A DNA stretch of 64,000 bases from Hemiscyllium ocellatum. Its lineage: Eukaryota. This document shows, one piece after another, positions 12,078-25,741 of the stretch. The notes beneath the pieces are model-generated. The model made no database searches. It saw only the letters and a list, made by a program, of their open reading frames with translations, and was not told the origin of the DNA. Positions within the stretch are counted from its first letter, which is position 1. Each line of letters starts with the position of its first letter. Where the stretch lies: NCBI RefSeq assembly GCF_020745735.1, contig NC_083435.1:37597090-37661089 (forward strand), read 5' to 3'. A program made the position numbers and the translations under genes.

Positions 12078-13125
12078 GGAGGAGAAAGTGAGGGCTGCAG
12101 ATGCTGGAGATCAGAGTTGAGAGTGTAGTGCTGGAAAAGCAGAGCAGGTCAGGCAGCATCCGTGGAGCTGAAGAATTGACATTTCGGGTATAAGCCCTTC
12201 ATCAGGGATGAGGCTTGTACATCGGGATTGAGATAAATGGGGGGGGGGGGGGGGGGAGTAGTTGGGAAAGTGACAGGTGAATGAAGATGAGGGAGAAGGT
12301 GATAGGGAGTAAAGGACGGGTCCAGAGAGCGGTGCTGAGTTGGAGGCTTGGGACTGGGATAATGTGGAGGGGTGGGGGGAAATGAGCAAGCTGTTAAAAT
12401 CCACATTTATCCTGTGTTTTTGCAAGGTCCCAAGGCGGAATACGAGGCATTCCCCCTCCAGGTGTCAGTGGTAGCGGTTTGGCAGTGGAGGCGACCCAGG
12501 ACCTGCATGTCCTTCACAGAGTGGGAGGGGGAGTTGAAGTGTTCAACCATGAGGCGGTGGGGTTGGTAGGTGCGGGTGTGACCGAGATGTTCTCTGAAAC
12601 CATCAGCAAGAAGGCGTCCAGTCTCCCTGATGTAGAGAAAACCACACTGTATGCAACAGATGCAGTCGATGACATTGGTGGAGGTACAGGTAAATTTCTG
12701 ATAGATGTGGAAGGATCTCGTGGGACCTTGGAAGGAGGTGAGGGGAGTAGTGTGAGCACAGGTTTTGCATTTCCTGCAGTGGCAGGAGTGAGGTGTGGGC
12801 TGATGGGGGTGGTATGGACCTGATGAGGGAGTCGCAGAGCGAATGGTCTTTTCGGAACGCTGATAGGGGTGGGAAGGGAAATATATCTCTGGTGGTGGGG
12901 TCTGTTTGGAGGTGGCTGACGTGGCAGATGATGATGCATTATATGCAGAGGTTGGTAGGGTGGAAGGTGAGGACTGGGGGATCCTGTTCTTGTTGTGTTG
13001 GGAGGTGTGGGGTTCAAGGGCAGTGGTGTGCGAAGTGAAGGAGATGTGCTGGAGGGCATCAACCACGTGGGAAGGAAGTTGCGATCGTGGAAGAAGGAGG
13101 CCATCTGGGATTTTGAGGTGGAATT
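12078..13125 (-). mobile_element. Penelope-like element (Neptune-type), 5'-truncated, GIY-YIG remnant
   Basis: ORF 12407-13066(-) has CHCRKCKTC..FTCTSTNVIDCICCIQCGFLYIRETGRLLAD.FREH..EHFNSPSH. 12-bp TSD agttggtaccaa at 12066-12077 and 13126-13137. Internal G run at ~12239-12256. Confidence 0.9.
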
Positions 13126-16100
13126 AGTTGGTACCAACCATAGAAATGATTATGACTTAAGACTGGAATAATGGGAGTGGCAAACTCCCGTCATTGAGAA
13201 AGTTATGCCTTGGGTTTGGGGTATTCAAGCACCAAAGGTCAGTCATATTCTTGATACGAGAACCACAATTGTTCTGCCATTCTCACATTGCGATCACTTA
13301 ATCTGAACTATCAACATCTTTTCTCCACCAGCAGTCTATACCTCACTCCCTCCAGAACACTCCCAACTGTGGCACAAATGCTGCCTCCTCCACACTTCAG
13401 CCCTGATGAAAAGTCATCTAGGCTTGAAACATTAGCTTTCTCTCTCTCTCCATAGGTGCCATTTGACCTGCTGTGATTGCCAGCATTTGTTGTCTTCATT
13501 AGAGATAGACTTCTATTTGTCTTATTGCTTAGACTTAAAAAGGGCTGTGCCATCAACAGGGATTAATATCAGTGTATCTGCCAACAGAGGGCAGTGCACA
13601 AACATTCAGAGGCAGACATCCACATGCCATATTGGCCTAAAACTCAAAAGAAGCCTCCCAGGGCTACGTCACAAATAGGAAAGAATGTCAGTTAAAGACC
13701 TCATGCACAAATTGTGCTCCATTTGTGCAATTGCCTTGTCCTGAACGCAATGGATAAAATGACACAACTTAAACAACAGCCTACAAAGAAGCTATTGTCA
13801 GCCTCTACCAGAAGATGTCACAAGCCTGTCCATCTCTAGTTGTGCAGTCATATGATTAGCTTAATTGGAAATGTGTGCCATTAATTAATAATATAATTGG
13901 TTTGTAAATGTTAAAGGCGGGATGAAACAAATATATAAAAATATATGTCTTGCCTTTGTTTGGGGAATAGCTCGAAAGATTTTCAGAGGGTTTCTTCCCT
14001 CTGGTGCAATTTCAAAACATTCTTTAATGCTGGAAGTGAACTGCTGGGTGTTGTGTGAATCATTTGGTCCTTCCAGCCCAATACCATATTGTCCTTTATC
14101 TTGTGAATTTGTGTTTGGGCATCAATCTTGAGCAGTTCAAATTTAACCTTCATGGCTTGTAACCTTGGATTATTCTGACAGGCAAAGAAGGCTCATCACT
14201 TTAGTTCCAAGTCACATTTGAAAGTCACGTTTACCGACCCAGTTCTGGTGATGACAGTGCTGTAACCTAATGGTCTGGGCACAGGAGTTTAGTACAGCTG
14301 TTTGGAAATTGAGTTGGATGTTTGAAGATATTCCAGATTGGTCATGAGCAGCACCTGAAATTCTCTGTTTGTCGGGTTGTTATTCACCTGTGACATTGAT
14401 ATTTTTCTTCTTGAATCTTTGTACTTTGCAATGTCATCATATTGGGTGGATGTTTATCATGAACTTGAACAATTCGATGATTTACCCAACAAGCAGCATT
14501 CCCCCGTGTGGATTTATTGACAATAAATGTCAATTAGATTACTTAGATTTAGAGCTTTCAGAGGAACCTGCAATTTGATTTTTATTGCAGACAAAAATAA
14601 AATTGAGAACAACAATTGGAACACTTCATTACACTCATCAATGTGTCCAAACATTCAACTCCTAAATCATGAGACTCTGTATATTGTACTCCAGTGATGT
14701 GGATGTCCAAGAAACTTCATCGCAATCCTGTAACTTTATGATGTTACAACGGTAACTTTCTTGACTGGGAGATCTGAAACAGAAGCTTCAAAATCCAGAC
14801 TAGTGTCAAACAAGGCTGTGATCATCCATTTACACTTTACCTGACAGTGGCTACTGATCTCAAATATCAACTACCCCAGTGTCAAAGTTAAAAACCATTG
14901 ATGTGTAACTCATTTATCTGAGCCACCTCCGTGCCAAAACTGAATGGATCTTCATATATACATATGATGTACAGCCTTCAGATGACCGCAAGGTAACTCC
15001 ACATGTCCCCCAACAAAAATTCCAGAGCAGAGAAACAATGACACCACCACACTCCTGTATTGCAGCGAGGCATGAACTGTATGTAACAATGACACATAAG
15101 ACTACGTTGGTTAATATTTGCAACCATTTTGTTTAATTGTGATTAAAATGACTGTTCTCAGCTAATGTTAAGGAGAATCAGCTACTGGCCACTCCCAGGA
15201 GAGAGAGATCTTGAACAAAAATTGCTCACAGCAACAAGACAAAGGAAGGCATCCAGAAAATTCCAGTTAAGGAACTGCTATGCTAAACCAGACTACCAAG
15301 AGCCACAGCCTGCAATGCCATAAAAATGAAACAAAGGAGGCTGTGTTCCCTCCCAGAATCTGCTATGTTTACTGAATTCACTTGTGGGAACAACCTCCAA
15401 CTATTTCAATACAGAAGCCATCATTCATATTGAATTTGATTTCAACCTTTTTTCAAAGTCTGAAGTCACATGGCACCAGGTTATAGTGTAACGGGTTCAT
15501 TTGAAATCAAAAGCTTCAGGAGTGTTGCTCAAGTCACTTCACTTGACGAAGCAGCAGCACTCAGAGTTTGTGATTTCTAAAGAACCTTTTAGACTATAAC
15601 GTGTCATGCCCATTCCACCCCGGTCCAACACCGACATCTCCACATCATGGCCTTTTATTTCAGAAAGAGAATATTTGCAATCTATACTTGCAACAATATC
15701 AGAGAATTATCATATTTTCATCCTCATATACAATTACCTGTTTATTATTTTAGCTCTTAACTGGAAATTTACTTCTGATTGTTAGCAATAGTTGCACAAT
15801 AAAATTAATCTTATTTTGTTTAAAACATAAGCTGTGCTGCTGGTTATTTTTAAATTGAAGCTTGTAAATTGACATATGCACTTAGACATATCGTTAGTTC
15901 ACTCTGAAGAAATTTCTTGAATGCGGTTGTAACATTTTAGTAGATGCCAAACATTGTGCTGTTGTTTGCTGCTTTATCCATCTAATGTATAGATTTATCA
16001 ATAACAGTAATTTTTTTTAATCTTAACCCAAATTACCTTATTTGGCAGCATGGTGAGTTCTGTCACTGTCACTTGTGGACTGGAATAATTTCTCCATGGG

Positions 16101-17599
16101 TTTGCAATTTCCAATTCACAGGAAGCAAATATTTCCCTAAGAAAGAAAGACTTACATTTATATATCACCTTTCATTAACCCAAATCATCCAAAGGCAGGT
16201 TTTTTTCAAACATTAATGCTAACTCTGATTTCTCTTCACAAGTGCTGCCAGACATGCTGAGCTTTTCCAGAAACTTCTGTTTCTGTTCCATGGTTAATGT
16301 TATTAATATTGTTCACTTAAGTTATTACTTAACTTAATCAAGTTAAGAGTCAGTTCTTACTGGTTCAGTGACGTTTGAACTAAAAGCCACAGCAATAAAT
16401 AGCCTTGCACATGATGGACAGGCAATGGAGTTTGACTGATGAACAGTATAACCTGATTGATGGCAAGTGATTGTACAAACAGCTTTAGTCCTGCAGAGTG
16501 TATGCCTCGTAGTGCCTGTGAGAATTTGACAAGAACTCGTGGTTTTCAGATTCTTGTTTTAGTTAAAGTTTAAAAGGAGGCCTGGACTTAAAGAGACACA
16601 TCATCTCGCATTTGTTGCTGCAGGAAGAGTAAACTTGTCAACTACAGAAGATGATGGAAGGAAGAACATTGATAGATGATTGATTTAGAGGAAATTACAT
16701 TTGGGAGCTGTCTAGAAAAAAATAAAACTGTGAATACTGTTATAATATACGTTATTGTAAATCTAATAAAATTGTTGTCTTCACGTATCATTTGACATGA
16801 ATCATCTGTTACATACACAGGAAGTGTCCAAACCCAAATAAGACTCAGGAAGGGTCTCTCAGCAGGTAAGTGTTAAGCATGATTCTTCATGCTCTAGCCC
16901 AAGAGTGTAACTTAAAGTTGTAGTTTTAAGTCCAAGTCTAGATGGATTCCTCCATGAATGTGGAGTAAGGCAGTTGTCAGGATCACACAGAGAGGTTGAG
17001 AGGCTATGAAGAAGGGTCACTAAACTCAAAATGTTAACTTTCTTCTCTCCGCAAATGCTGTCAAACCTTCTGAGTTTCTCCCGGAATCCATTATTGTTGG
17101 TTACAACTGCTAGACACGTTAAGAGCTGAATGAAACTCAAAGGAACTGCGGATGCTGGAAATCAGAGTTTATGTTAACTCTAATTTCTCTCTACAGATAC
17201 GGCCAGACCAACTGAGCTTTTCCCGCAATTTCTCCTTGTGCTTTTAATTAAGAGTTGATCCAAACTCAAAACACTTTTTCGTTCCCTCACCCCACCAGAA
17301 ATTTAAAAGGGGAAGTTGGAGAGTGAAAGGTAGACACGTATTTATGGTAAAGATTGGATAGCTGGGAATGCCCAAGATCTCCTCCTCAGGTTAGAAAGGA
17401 AAATACTAAGGCTAGAAATAAACATCGATGCCGAAGTGTTTTCAATGTAACAAAGGAAGACATATTCATTCAGAATGCTGGAATTTGCAAGGAAAGCTAA
17501 TGGGACTCAGTGAGCCCAAAAAAAAACTCAATAGGAAGAAAGTACAGATTAAATTGTCGCTTTAAGTACAACTAAGGGACCAGAGGTAAATACTACAAA

Positions 17600-18550
17600 G
17601 GAAGTGAATAGAATGGATGAGAGATATAAAGGAGTTTGTCTAAAGGAAAGATAACACAGTTTTTGTCAAATGATGAAGTGATTGCAGGTGCTACTAAAAT
17701 TATTCTGATGGAGAAGTATTTAGTTTTTCATTTAAATCTCTTGAGGAAAGCCTCAGTGTTAGTAAACAAGATGAGTGAAGATTATCCTGGTTCCATTGTA
17801 CAAAGTTCAAATGAATTTTGACTTATTATCTGGACTGGTGTTCATCAGGGTAGTTAAGAGATTACCAATGGATAGAATTACTTACTCTTAGGGAATTGCT
17901 TGTTAGAAGTGAAGATTACAGCTCTGCCTGTAATCAAGAAAAGTTGAGCTAAGCTAAGGAGACAACAGTTGCAGGAACAGATCCAGCGTACCTTTCCATC
18001 ATAAGTGATGACCAGACCAATGGTGCTACAAACAGATCACCAGAGGTCACAGTAATATTGCATTACAAGCATAAGTAGTTGAAACTCTAATGAAAAATGA
18101 CAATAATTAAAAAGAACTAGATCTTCACAAATTGAGGCTCATGAAATAGTCCCAGAGTTAAGGAAGTTGACATAAATAGCTCACATTGAAGCTGAGGTTT
18201 TAGGAGTTCCAGGCTATTTTTATATTGAAAAAGTTCTGATGAGGAAGTGGAAACACCCACAGACTTGCAGATGAAGACTTCATGGTTGTTCATCAAATTG
18301 TGGTATTGCCAGATCTCATAAGGAGATATTGTTAATAGCACATGAAGTTCATAGGTGCCCTGACATAAGAACTTCATAAGTGTACAAAAGAAACATAGGC
18401 ATCAATAAACAGATACTTTTCATGACCAAGATTTCATGAAGATTATAGTGCAGTTTTGTAGAACACGTCAGACATGCAAGGGGATAAAAAGTTTCAATAT
18501 GTGATCAGATCAGCACTTTAGATACCAATTCCAGTTTTTGAAGAACCATT
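17600..18550 (+). mobile_element. Very degraded Gypsy remnant, probable Gmr1-type (protease followed by integrase)
   Basis: Protease C-terminal-like ..RLPMDRI..LLGN (~17850-17900), then integrase Zn-binding remnant (GYFY..VLMRKW..VHQIVV..EILLIAHE..C..C..C) and IPIPVFEEPFSR at ~18520. Confidence 0.55.
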
Positions 18551-19069
18551 CAGTTCGCGAATGGTTAATCAAAAACAAAATGTCAGTGCTCAATCTGAGC
18601 TGGAAAGGAACAAAGTGAACTGGGGGTGAATGACAGCAGTGCAACTCCTCAATAAAAGACTGAGGGATGAGGGGCAGATCAAACTTAGTCAGAGTGGCAG
18701 CAAAGCAAACCTGGAGATGAAAGGCAGTCATGAAGCCTGTCAATAAAACTTGAGGGGCAAGTCTCAGATTGAGTTCAGTTAGAACATCAGTTAATCCACA
18801 AGAGGAAATCTGCCAAAATTTGAAATGGCTGACAAAAGACATGTATTTACAAAAGCAAGCATTAATTTGTAATTAATGGTCACCTTCTTATTCTATTTCC
18901 AAGTTTTAACATTGTATACACATTGGTGGTAAAGCTAATAAAATTTATAAAATTCACCATAAAATAAGTAATTAATATAACTAAATAATTAATTAAAACT
19001 CATCAAGACTAGCAGCACAGGTAATATGCCAAATCTACAATCTGTGAAAATTCAAGGATACCACTGTAA

Positions 19070-19410
19070 TGCAGGACAAACATTAAACAAAATAGCACAG
19101 GGACAGGGCCCTTGGTCCACCATGTCCATTCTAAACGAATCCAATCTGCCTGCACAAGATTGTTCATGTGTCTGTTGAAATGCCTCTTAAACATTACTTT
19201 ATCTGCATCTACCACTCTCCTGACAGCACATTCCAGGTAGCTACCACCCTTTGTAAATAAATTTCTTCGTACATTTCCTTTAAATTTTTCTCCTCTTGCT
19301 TTCAACCTATGCCAACTAGTATTTGATATTTCCACCTTGGGAAAAAGACTCCAGCTATCCATACCACTTATAATTTCATATACTTCTTTCAGATCACCCA
19401 TCAGCCTCTT
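19070..19410 (-). mobile_element. CR1 3' end fragment
   Basis: ORF 19009-19401(-): GDLKEVYEII.GMD..LFPKVE..RLK.RGEKFKG, followed by the CR1 3'UTR. Confidence 0.8.
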
Positions 19411-20104
19411 TTTGATAAATGATTGAAGTTTCAGCTTGGGAGTTTCTATCTTGTTTTTACTTCAGATTTCTAGCATCTACAGCATTTTATTTTTTGATTA
19501 GAAAAGGGAAGTTTTTCTTAAAAATACTGGAGCAAAAATCTGTATCAAGTTTCTTCCAACTAGAAGATGAGAATAAGCTAACAATCAGCTCTCAAACGAG
19601 TTTAGGAGAAACCAAATTGTGGGCTATCATCATGCTGGATTTCAGACATCAATTTCCCTCAGCCTTTGTCATACTATGGTCCACTCTGGCCTTGAGCACT
19701 CAATTTTCACAGAATTTACGAGCTGGAGTCTGAACAACAGATGAGGGGGAAACTAATTCTTTGTACAGCAAACTTTTTATGAGCCTATAGGACCAGGGGA
19801 ATGTGCCAGTTGATCAAATATTGCAGCTGATCAAAAGGTCCACATAATCAATGCAAAAACACTAATAATAGTAATATGAGGGGGAAAATATACATCACAG
19901 TTATACTCTTAAATATATTTTATTCACTAAAATAATAATACAACTTTGCCTTTAAAAAAGTTAAGCAGAAAACAGCCTTCTTGCTTCCACCATCAACTGG
20001 CTACTCAGATCGCAACATTTAGGCCTTTGAGGTATATAATTTTGTGCTGGTTGGTTAAGAATGCCGGTTCATAAGGTGCCAGTTAAAAGAATATTTGCTG
20101 TACC

Positions 20105-20385
20105 AAGCAGCAGTCACACGCACCAGCAGGTTCAAAAACAGCTTCATTCCTGCAGTTATTAGACTAATAAATGGATTTTCTAACTTCAAATAATGCTGAT
20201 CTTCTAGATATTGGACTTGCCAAGAGCATGCCCTGTGTGGTGTGACCTGCATGTCTCTGTCAGAGTTTACTTTTTAACCCGATGATCTGCCCATCCTTGC
20301 TTAGGATGATCTGCCCGTACTGCTTGTAAACAAAGCTTTTCACTGTACTTAGGTACGCATGCCAATAATCAGTCAATCAATCACT
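20105..20385 (+). mobile_element. Rex1/Babar-type 3' end
   Basis: TSRFKNSFIPAVIRLIN* followed by a 3'UTR ending in (CAAT)-like tandem repeats. Confidence 0.6.
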
Positions 20386-20749
20386 CGAACATCTTCGGAC
20401 AAGATGTTTCTGAAACAGTCAGGGAAAGGAAGGTGTGACTGTGAGTGAAGGGAACCAATTGACAAGCAAATAAATTAATGAATACCAAGGCGAGGAAAGA
20501 ATAGACCTTAAGACATAGGAGCAGAAATGAGGCCATTCAGCCCATCGAGTCTGCTCCACTATTCAATCATGGCTGATACGTTTGTCCTTGTCTAACCTAC
20601 TCATTACTTACTCATAGAATTTGTCAGGCATGACCTCCCTTTGATGAAATCATGCTGACTTTGCCCTATTTTACCATGCACTTCCAAGTATTCAGAAATC
20701 TCATCCTTCACAATGGATTCCAGGATCTACACCAAAGACTAAAACATTT

Positions 20750-22195
20750 AGTAGAAGAATTATGCCACTCCATTCATTCCACCTAAGAATTCCTGAACGC
20801 CAAAGACATTAAGGTAGAAGAGGATGAAATAATGGTCTCCTTTAACATAACAGCCCTGTTAACATCCATCAACATCCATCTGGTCAAAGAAACACTGACT
20901 AACTATTAGAAGAACCAAAGACACATACACCAAACACCACCAACTTCAGCAACAAGCACATTGTCAAGTCTGTGGATCTATGCCTTACCACCCACTTCAC
21001 TTTTAATAACAAAACCTACAGACAAACCAACGGAATGCCCATGGGCTCTCCGATATCAGGGTTCTCAGCAGAGGCAGTAATGCAGAGACTTGAACAAATA
21101 TCAAACATCCAATTCAAACTTTGGATCTGCTATGTGGATGACACCTTTGTCACCACAAAGCGAAACCAATTAAAGAAATTCTTCAAAACCATCAATTATA
21201 TCCTTACTGGCATAAAATTCACAAAGAGGAGGAAAACAACCACAAACTGCCATTCCTAGGTGCCACAGTGGAGCGAAGTCAACGGGGAGCTTCAAACAAA
21301 CATCTGCAGAAAAACAACACATATGGACCAAATACTGAACAATCATCCCAACACCCACAAATTAAGCTGCGTTGGAACATTATGTCAATGAGCCACCACA
21401 TACTGCAGCACACAGGAACTACGAAAAGCAGAGAAAAATCACCTATACAGTGTATTCAAAAAGAACGGGTACCCAAATGAACACAGCCCATCGATTTCTC
21501 AGCAACAAAGCCAAACAAGCAGACAAAACATGCTCAGAAACCCTAGCCACTCTCCCCTACATCAAAGACATCTTGGAAATGACTGCCAGACTACTCAGAC
21601 CTCTTGGCATCGTGGTAGCACACAAATCCACTAACACACTAAAACAGCAGCTAATGAACTTAAAGCATCCTACACATACGTCATTTACAAAATACCTTAC
21701 AAGAACTGTAAGAAACACTACATTGGACAAACAGGTAGAAAACTAACCACCAGGATACATGAACATCAACCATCCCCAAAAAGACATGACCCACTGTCAC
21801 TAGTATCCTTACAGATGCGGAAGGACATCACTTTGACTGGGACAACACATCCATCCTAGGTCAAGCCAAACCGACACGCACAAAAATTCCTGGAAGCATG
21901 GCATTCCAACCAGAACTCTATCAAGAAACACATCGATTTAAGTCCCATCTACCTTCCCCTGAGAAAACAGAACCAAAGAACCAGAAATGATATCACCAAG
22001 ACAGGACGTGACATCACCAACCCAAAGAAATCTAAACACTTAAGTACTAGGCAGGACATAACAGAGCGCTTCACCAGAGGCTCACTGATGATGTTATCCA
22101 GTATGGTGATGAAACACCCAAAAATGAACCTTCCAGCTCAGCAAGCAAACTTACATCCAGAACTTCAACCTGACCTACAAATCTTCTCAAAACTT
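20750..22195 (+). mobile_element. Penelope-like element (Poseidon-type) with RT and GIY-YIG remnants
   Basis: ORF 20972-21259 has LCLTTHFTFNNKTYRQTNGMPMGSPISG..YVDDTF. Downstream TLPYIKDI.EMTARLLRPLGI.VAHK and ..KFLEAWHS. Degenerate hammerhead at ~22082-22120. Confidence 0.9.
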
Positions 22196-22375
22196 GCAAG
22201 ATTTTTACACCATCTGACCCTACTTTGTTTCTTACTATTTATTTAATTTACTAATTTATGTATACATGGTGGGCATTACGGAGATGTAGCTGCAAGGGGA
22301 GAAGGATTGAGAGCTGAACATTCAAGGATATACATCCTATCAAAAAGATAGGCAGGTGGGCAACCCGACCCTCTC

Positions 22376-23480
22376 TGCCCACCTGCCTATCATTAAGATA
22401 GAATGTATATCCTGGAATATTCAGCTCCCAATGCTGCTCCCCTTGCAGCCACATCCGTAATGCCCACCACGTATACCTGCCAATTTTGATCTGCGCCAAA
22501 GCTCATTTACCTTATCCTTTATACTATGTGCATTCAGATATAACACCTTCAGTCCTGTATTAATTATCCCTCCTCTTACTGTCATTCATTTGTCTACTGT
22601 GCTTAAAGTTTGATTGCTAACCCTTTCCAAATACTCTGTCCTATTTGTGTCTGTGCTAGACATTTTAATAACCTCTTAGTTCTGCACTCTTACCTCCTCC
22701 TTTAATTTGAGATTTCTAATTTCCCCTACAACTGACACCCCTCCCCCAAAATTATATTTAAAACAATCTTCAGCCCTAGTTATGCAATTCACTAGGATTC
22801 TGATCCAAGCACGGTTCAGGTGAAGGCCGTCCCATTGGAACAGGCCCCTTTTCCCCAGTACTGGTTTCAATGTCCAATGAATTCAAACCCATTTCTCTCA
22901 CACCAGTCTTTGAGCTACACATTTGCCTGCTTAATCTTATTGACCCTGTGCCAATTAGCTCGTGGCTCAAGTCGTAATCCAGAGGTTATTACCTTTTTGG
23001 GTCTGCTTTTTAATTTAGCTTCTAGGTTGTTCATATTCCTTTAGAAGAACCTCTGCCCTAGTTTTATCTATGTTGTTGGTACCTACATGGACCACAACCA
23101 CTGGGTCTTTGCCCTCCCACTCCAAGTTTCTATTCAGCCCAGGCGAGATATCCCACACCAGAGCACCAGGCAGTCAACACAACCTTCGGGACTCTCGATC
23201 CTGCTCACAGAGAACAGTGTCAATCCCTCTAACTATACTGTCCCCAACCACAACATTTATCTTGTCCCCATCCACACTTGAATGGCTCCATGCACCATAG
23301 TGCTGCAGTCAGGCAGCTCATCCTCCCTGCAGACTCCATTCTCGTCCACACAGAGAAAAACTCTTGAACCTGTTGGAAAAGGACAGGGCCTGAGGCTCCT
23401 GCAATTCTACCTCCTGGATCCCTCCACCTGCCTCACTCACAGCCACATCCTCCTGTCCCTGACCACTGGCCGAATTTGAG
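22376..23480 (-). mobile_element. CR1 fragment spanning ORF1 C-terminus and start of ORF2 endonuclease
   Basis: LFQWDGLHLNRA..ILVN.ITRA (ORF1 esterase) and ..WLQGEQHWELNIPGYT.Y.NDRQ.G..G (APE). Confidence 0.75.
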
Positions 23481-23491
23481 TTAGTTAGTCT

Positions 23492-23776
23492 AAAGATTAG
23501 ATGACTGACAGTGTGGAAACAGGCCGTTCGGCCCAACAAGTCCACACCGACACTCTGAAGAGCGACCCACCCAGACCCATTCCCCTAAATTTATCCCTTC
23601 ACCTAATACTACGGGCAATTTAGCGTGGCCAATTCACCTGACCTACACATCTTTGTGACTGTGGGAGGAGACCGGAGCACCTGGAGGAAACCCACGCAGA
23701 CACGGGGAGAATGTGCAAACTCCACACAGTCAGTTGCCTGAGGTGGGAATTGTGAGGCAGCAATGCTAACCACTGT
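23492..23776 (-). mobile_element. tRNA-derived V-SINE (HE1-like)
   Basis: Reverse complement has the head gttagcattgctgcctcac, the V core (tgtgtggagtttgcacattctccccgtgtctgcgtgggtttcc) and a CR1-derived tail. Confidence 0.85.
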
Positions 23777-24479
23777 GGGTGTGACTGTTTCCTGAAGCAG
23801 TGTTGGTGTAACTCTCCCCCTCTCTGATGTGCCACAACGTTTGAAGCTCAGACTCCAGCTCATCGACTCTGAGGCAGAGTCCTTCCAGCATCCAACATTT
23901 CCACAATGGGGTCCACCAGCCCCACATCTGCAGAAACAACACATCACCAACCCTCCACCTTATTTTATTTAATTTTAATCATTGGGGAGAATACACAAAG
24001 GTAGGGTGGAGGTTGCAAATGGGATCAGCTCTCCTCGACTTTACTGAATGGCAGAGCAGAGCTGGAGTGGGATCACATATCTTTACCACGGTGTGGGTAG
24101 GACAACCGGGTTCGCACAGGCTGCTCTCTTTGTGTTAAAAGGACAATTACAGCCAGGCTAGAAGTGGAAAAGTTAACTCCGCTTTCTACTCGTGATGAGC
24201 GACCGACAGGTAGGCAGACTTGACGGGGCGCTCAAGTTGCGTGGTGAGGTTTCCCATGAAGTCTCTGAGCAGCTTTCGGGTGTGAAATAACAATGTTTTT
24301 AAAGACTTGGGAGAGGTACCATCGGACTGAGTCCGATTCCCTTTGGGAAATACTGACAGAAATAGCCATAGAACCGAAGCAAAGGATTAGATTTCTTACA
24401 ATTGGCCTGCCAGAGACGCCTCAAATGAATCCGCTGGAGGAACAGGCTGTCTCATCTACCACCGTCAGGTTATAAACAC

Positions 24480-25741
24480 AATTTTTAAACAGGGGACTCA
24501 GTGACGGTTGAGGCGGGGCGTTTAAATCTTGGAGCGCGAGCCCTGGGCGGGAAGGACGGCACTGGCCACGTGGGTGGTGCAGGTGCAGATGCATGGGCGC
24601 GCTGAGGTTTGGCCGGAGGGTGGGGAGAGGAGCAGGGGCAGGGGCGGAGCGAAGGAGGGTCACGTGGAGGTAGGAGCGGGGTGAGGGGACGGGAAACAGG
24701 GGCTCCCACCACAGCGCATGCCTCCAGCAGCTGCGCGCGCATTCCCACAGAACGCGTCCAATCTTCAGTTTCCTAGAAAGACCATCCTTCTGGGAATTCT
24801 GGATCAGTGGTGCTGGAAGGGCACAGCAGCTCAGGCAGCATCCAAAGTGCAGAGAAATCAATGTTTCGGGCAAAAGCCCTTCATCAGGAATAAAGGCAGA
24901 GAGCCTGAAGCGTGGAGAGATAAGCTAGAGGAGGGTGGGGAGAGAGTAGTATAGAGTACAATAGGTGAGTGGGGGAGGAAAGGGTGGAGTGGATAGGTGG
25001 AAAAGGAGGTAGGCAGGAGACAGAGAGTGGTAGTGGAAGGGAGTTTCTCAAAATGGAGACCTGTGACCAGTGGTGTCCCACAGGGATCCGTGCTGGGACC
25101 ACTGCTGTTTGTGACAGACGTAAATGATCTGGAGGGGGGTATAGGTGGTCTGATTAGCAAGTTGCAAATGACACTATGATTGGTGGAGCAGCAGATAGTG
25201 AAGGGGACTGTTAGAGAATACAAGAGGTAAAAACAATGACTGCAGATGCTGGAAACCAGATTGTGGATCAGTGGTGCTGGAAGAGCACAGCATTTCAGGC
25301 AGCATCCAACGAGCAGCGAAATCAATGTTTCAGGCAAAAGCCCTTCATCAGGAATAGCAGATGCTGCCTGAACTGCTGTGCTCTTCCAGCAGCACTAATC
25401 CAGAATCCGGTTTCCAGCATCTGCAGTCATTGTTTTTACCATTCTTCTGGGGAAGCAGAGTCGGCACCGCCCTCCAGACAGCACGCTTCCTCCTCCTCCT
25501 CCATCATTATAAAAGGGGGGTGCATCTTGGAGAGAGCCGGTGAGACCGCGTCCCCACAGCGCCCGCGCAACAATGGTACTGCCCTCGGCCGGCTTGCGTC
25601 ACCGTGATTGGTGCGCGTGCTTCGGTGGAGCCGGTCACTCCATTGGCTGACTGTGGACATCAATCATATTGCCACCCCGCCGAATTCACTTCCGGGGCAG
25701 GTTCACTTCCGCTCGGGGGCTGAAGACCCAATGAGGAGATG
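24480..25741 (+). promoter_or_regulatory. CpG island / probable promoter and first exon, split by a retroelement insertion
   Basis: Two CpG-dense blocks (24480-24780, 25452-25741) with GC boxes, E-boxes CACGTG, NRF1-like GCGCATGC, two ATTGG boxes, TGCGTCA and tandem ETS sites CACTTCCG (~25687, ~25704). Ends in a strong donor ATG|GTGAGT at 25741/25742. Link to the ZNF at 33.5 kb is inferred. Confidence 0.65.
24795..25437. mobile_element. Composite Penelope insertion carrying an internal CR1 RT fragment
   Basis: Two direct minus-strand terminal repeats bracket a CR1 piece ([19 protein letters not shown], ~25011-25222), followed by an inverted repeat. 14-bp TSD accatccttctggg (24781-24794) / accattcttctggg (25438-25451). 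Confidence 0.8.

Noticed and set aside
14300-15130. Minus-strand ORF 14914-15123 and neighbouring coding-like sequence
   Set aside because: No recognisable domain in any frame I translated; left unassigned pending a translated search.
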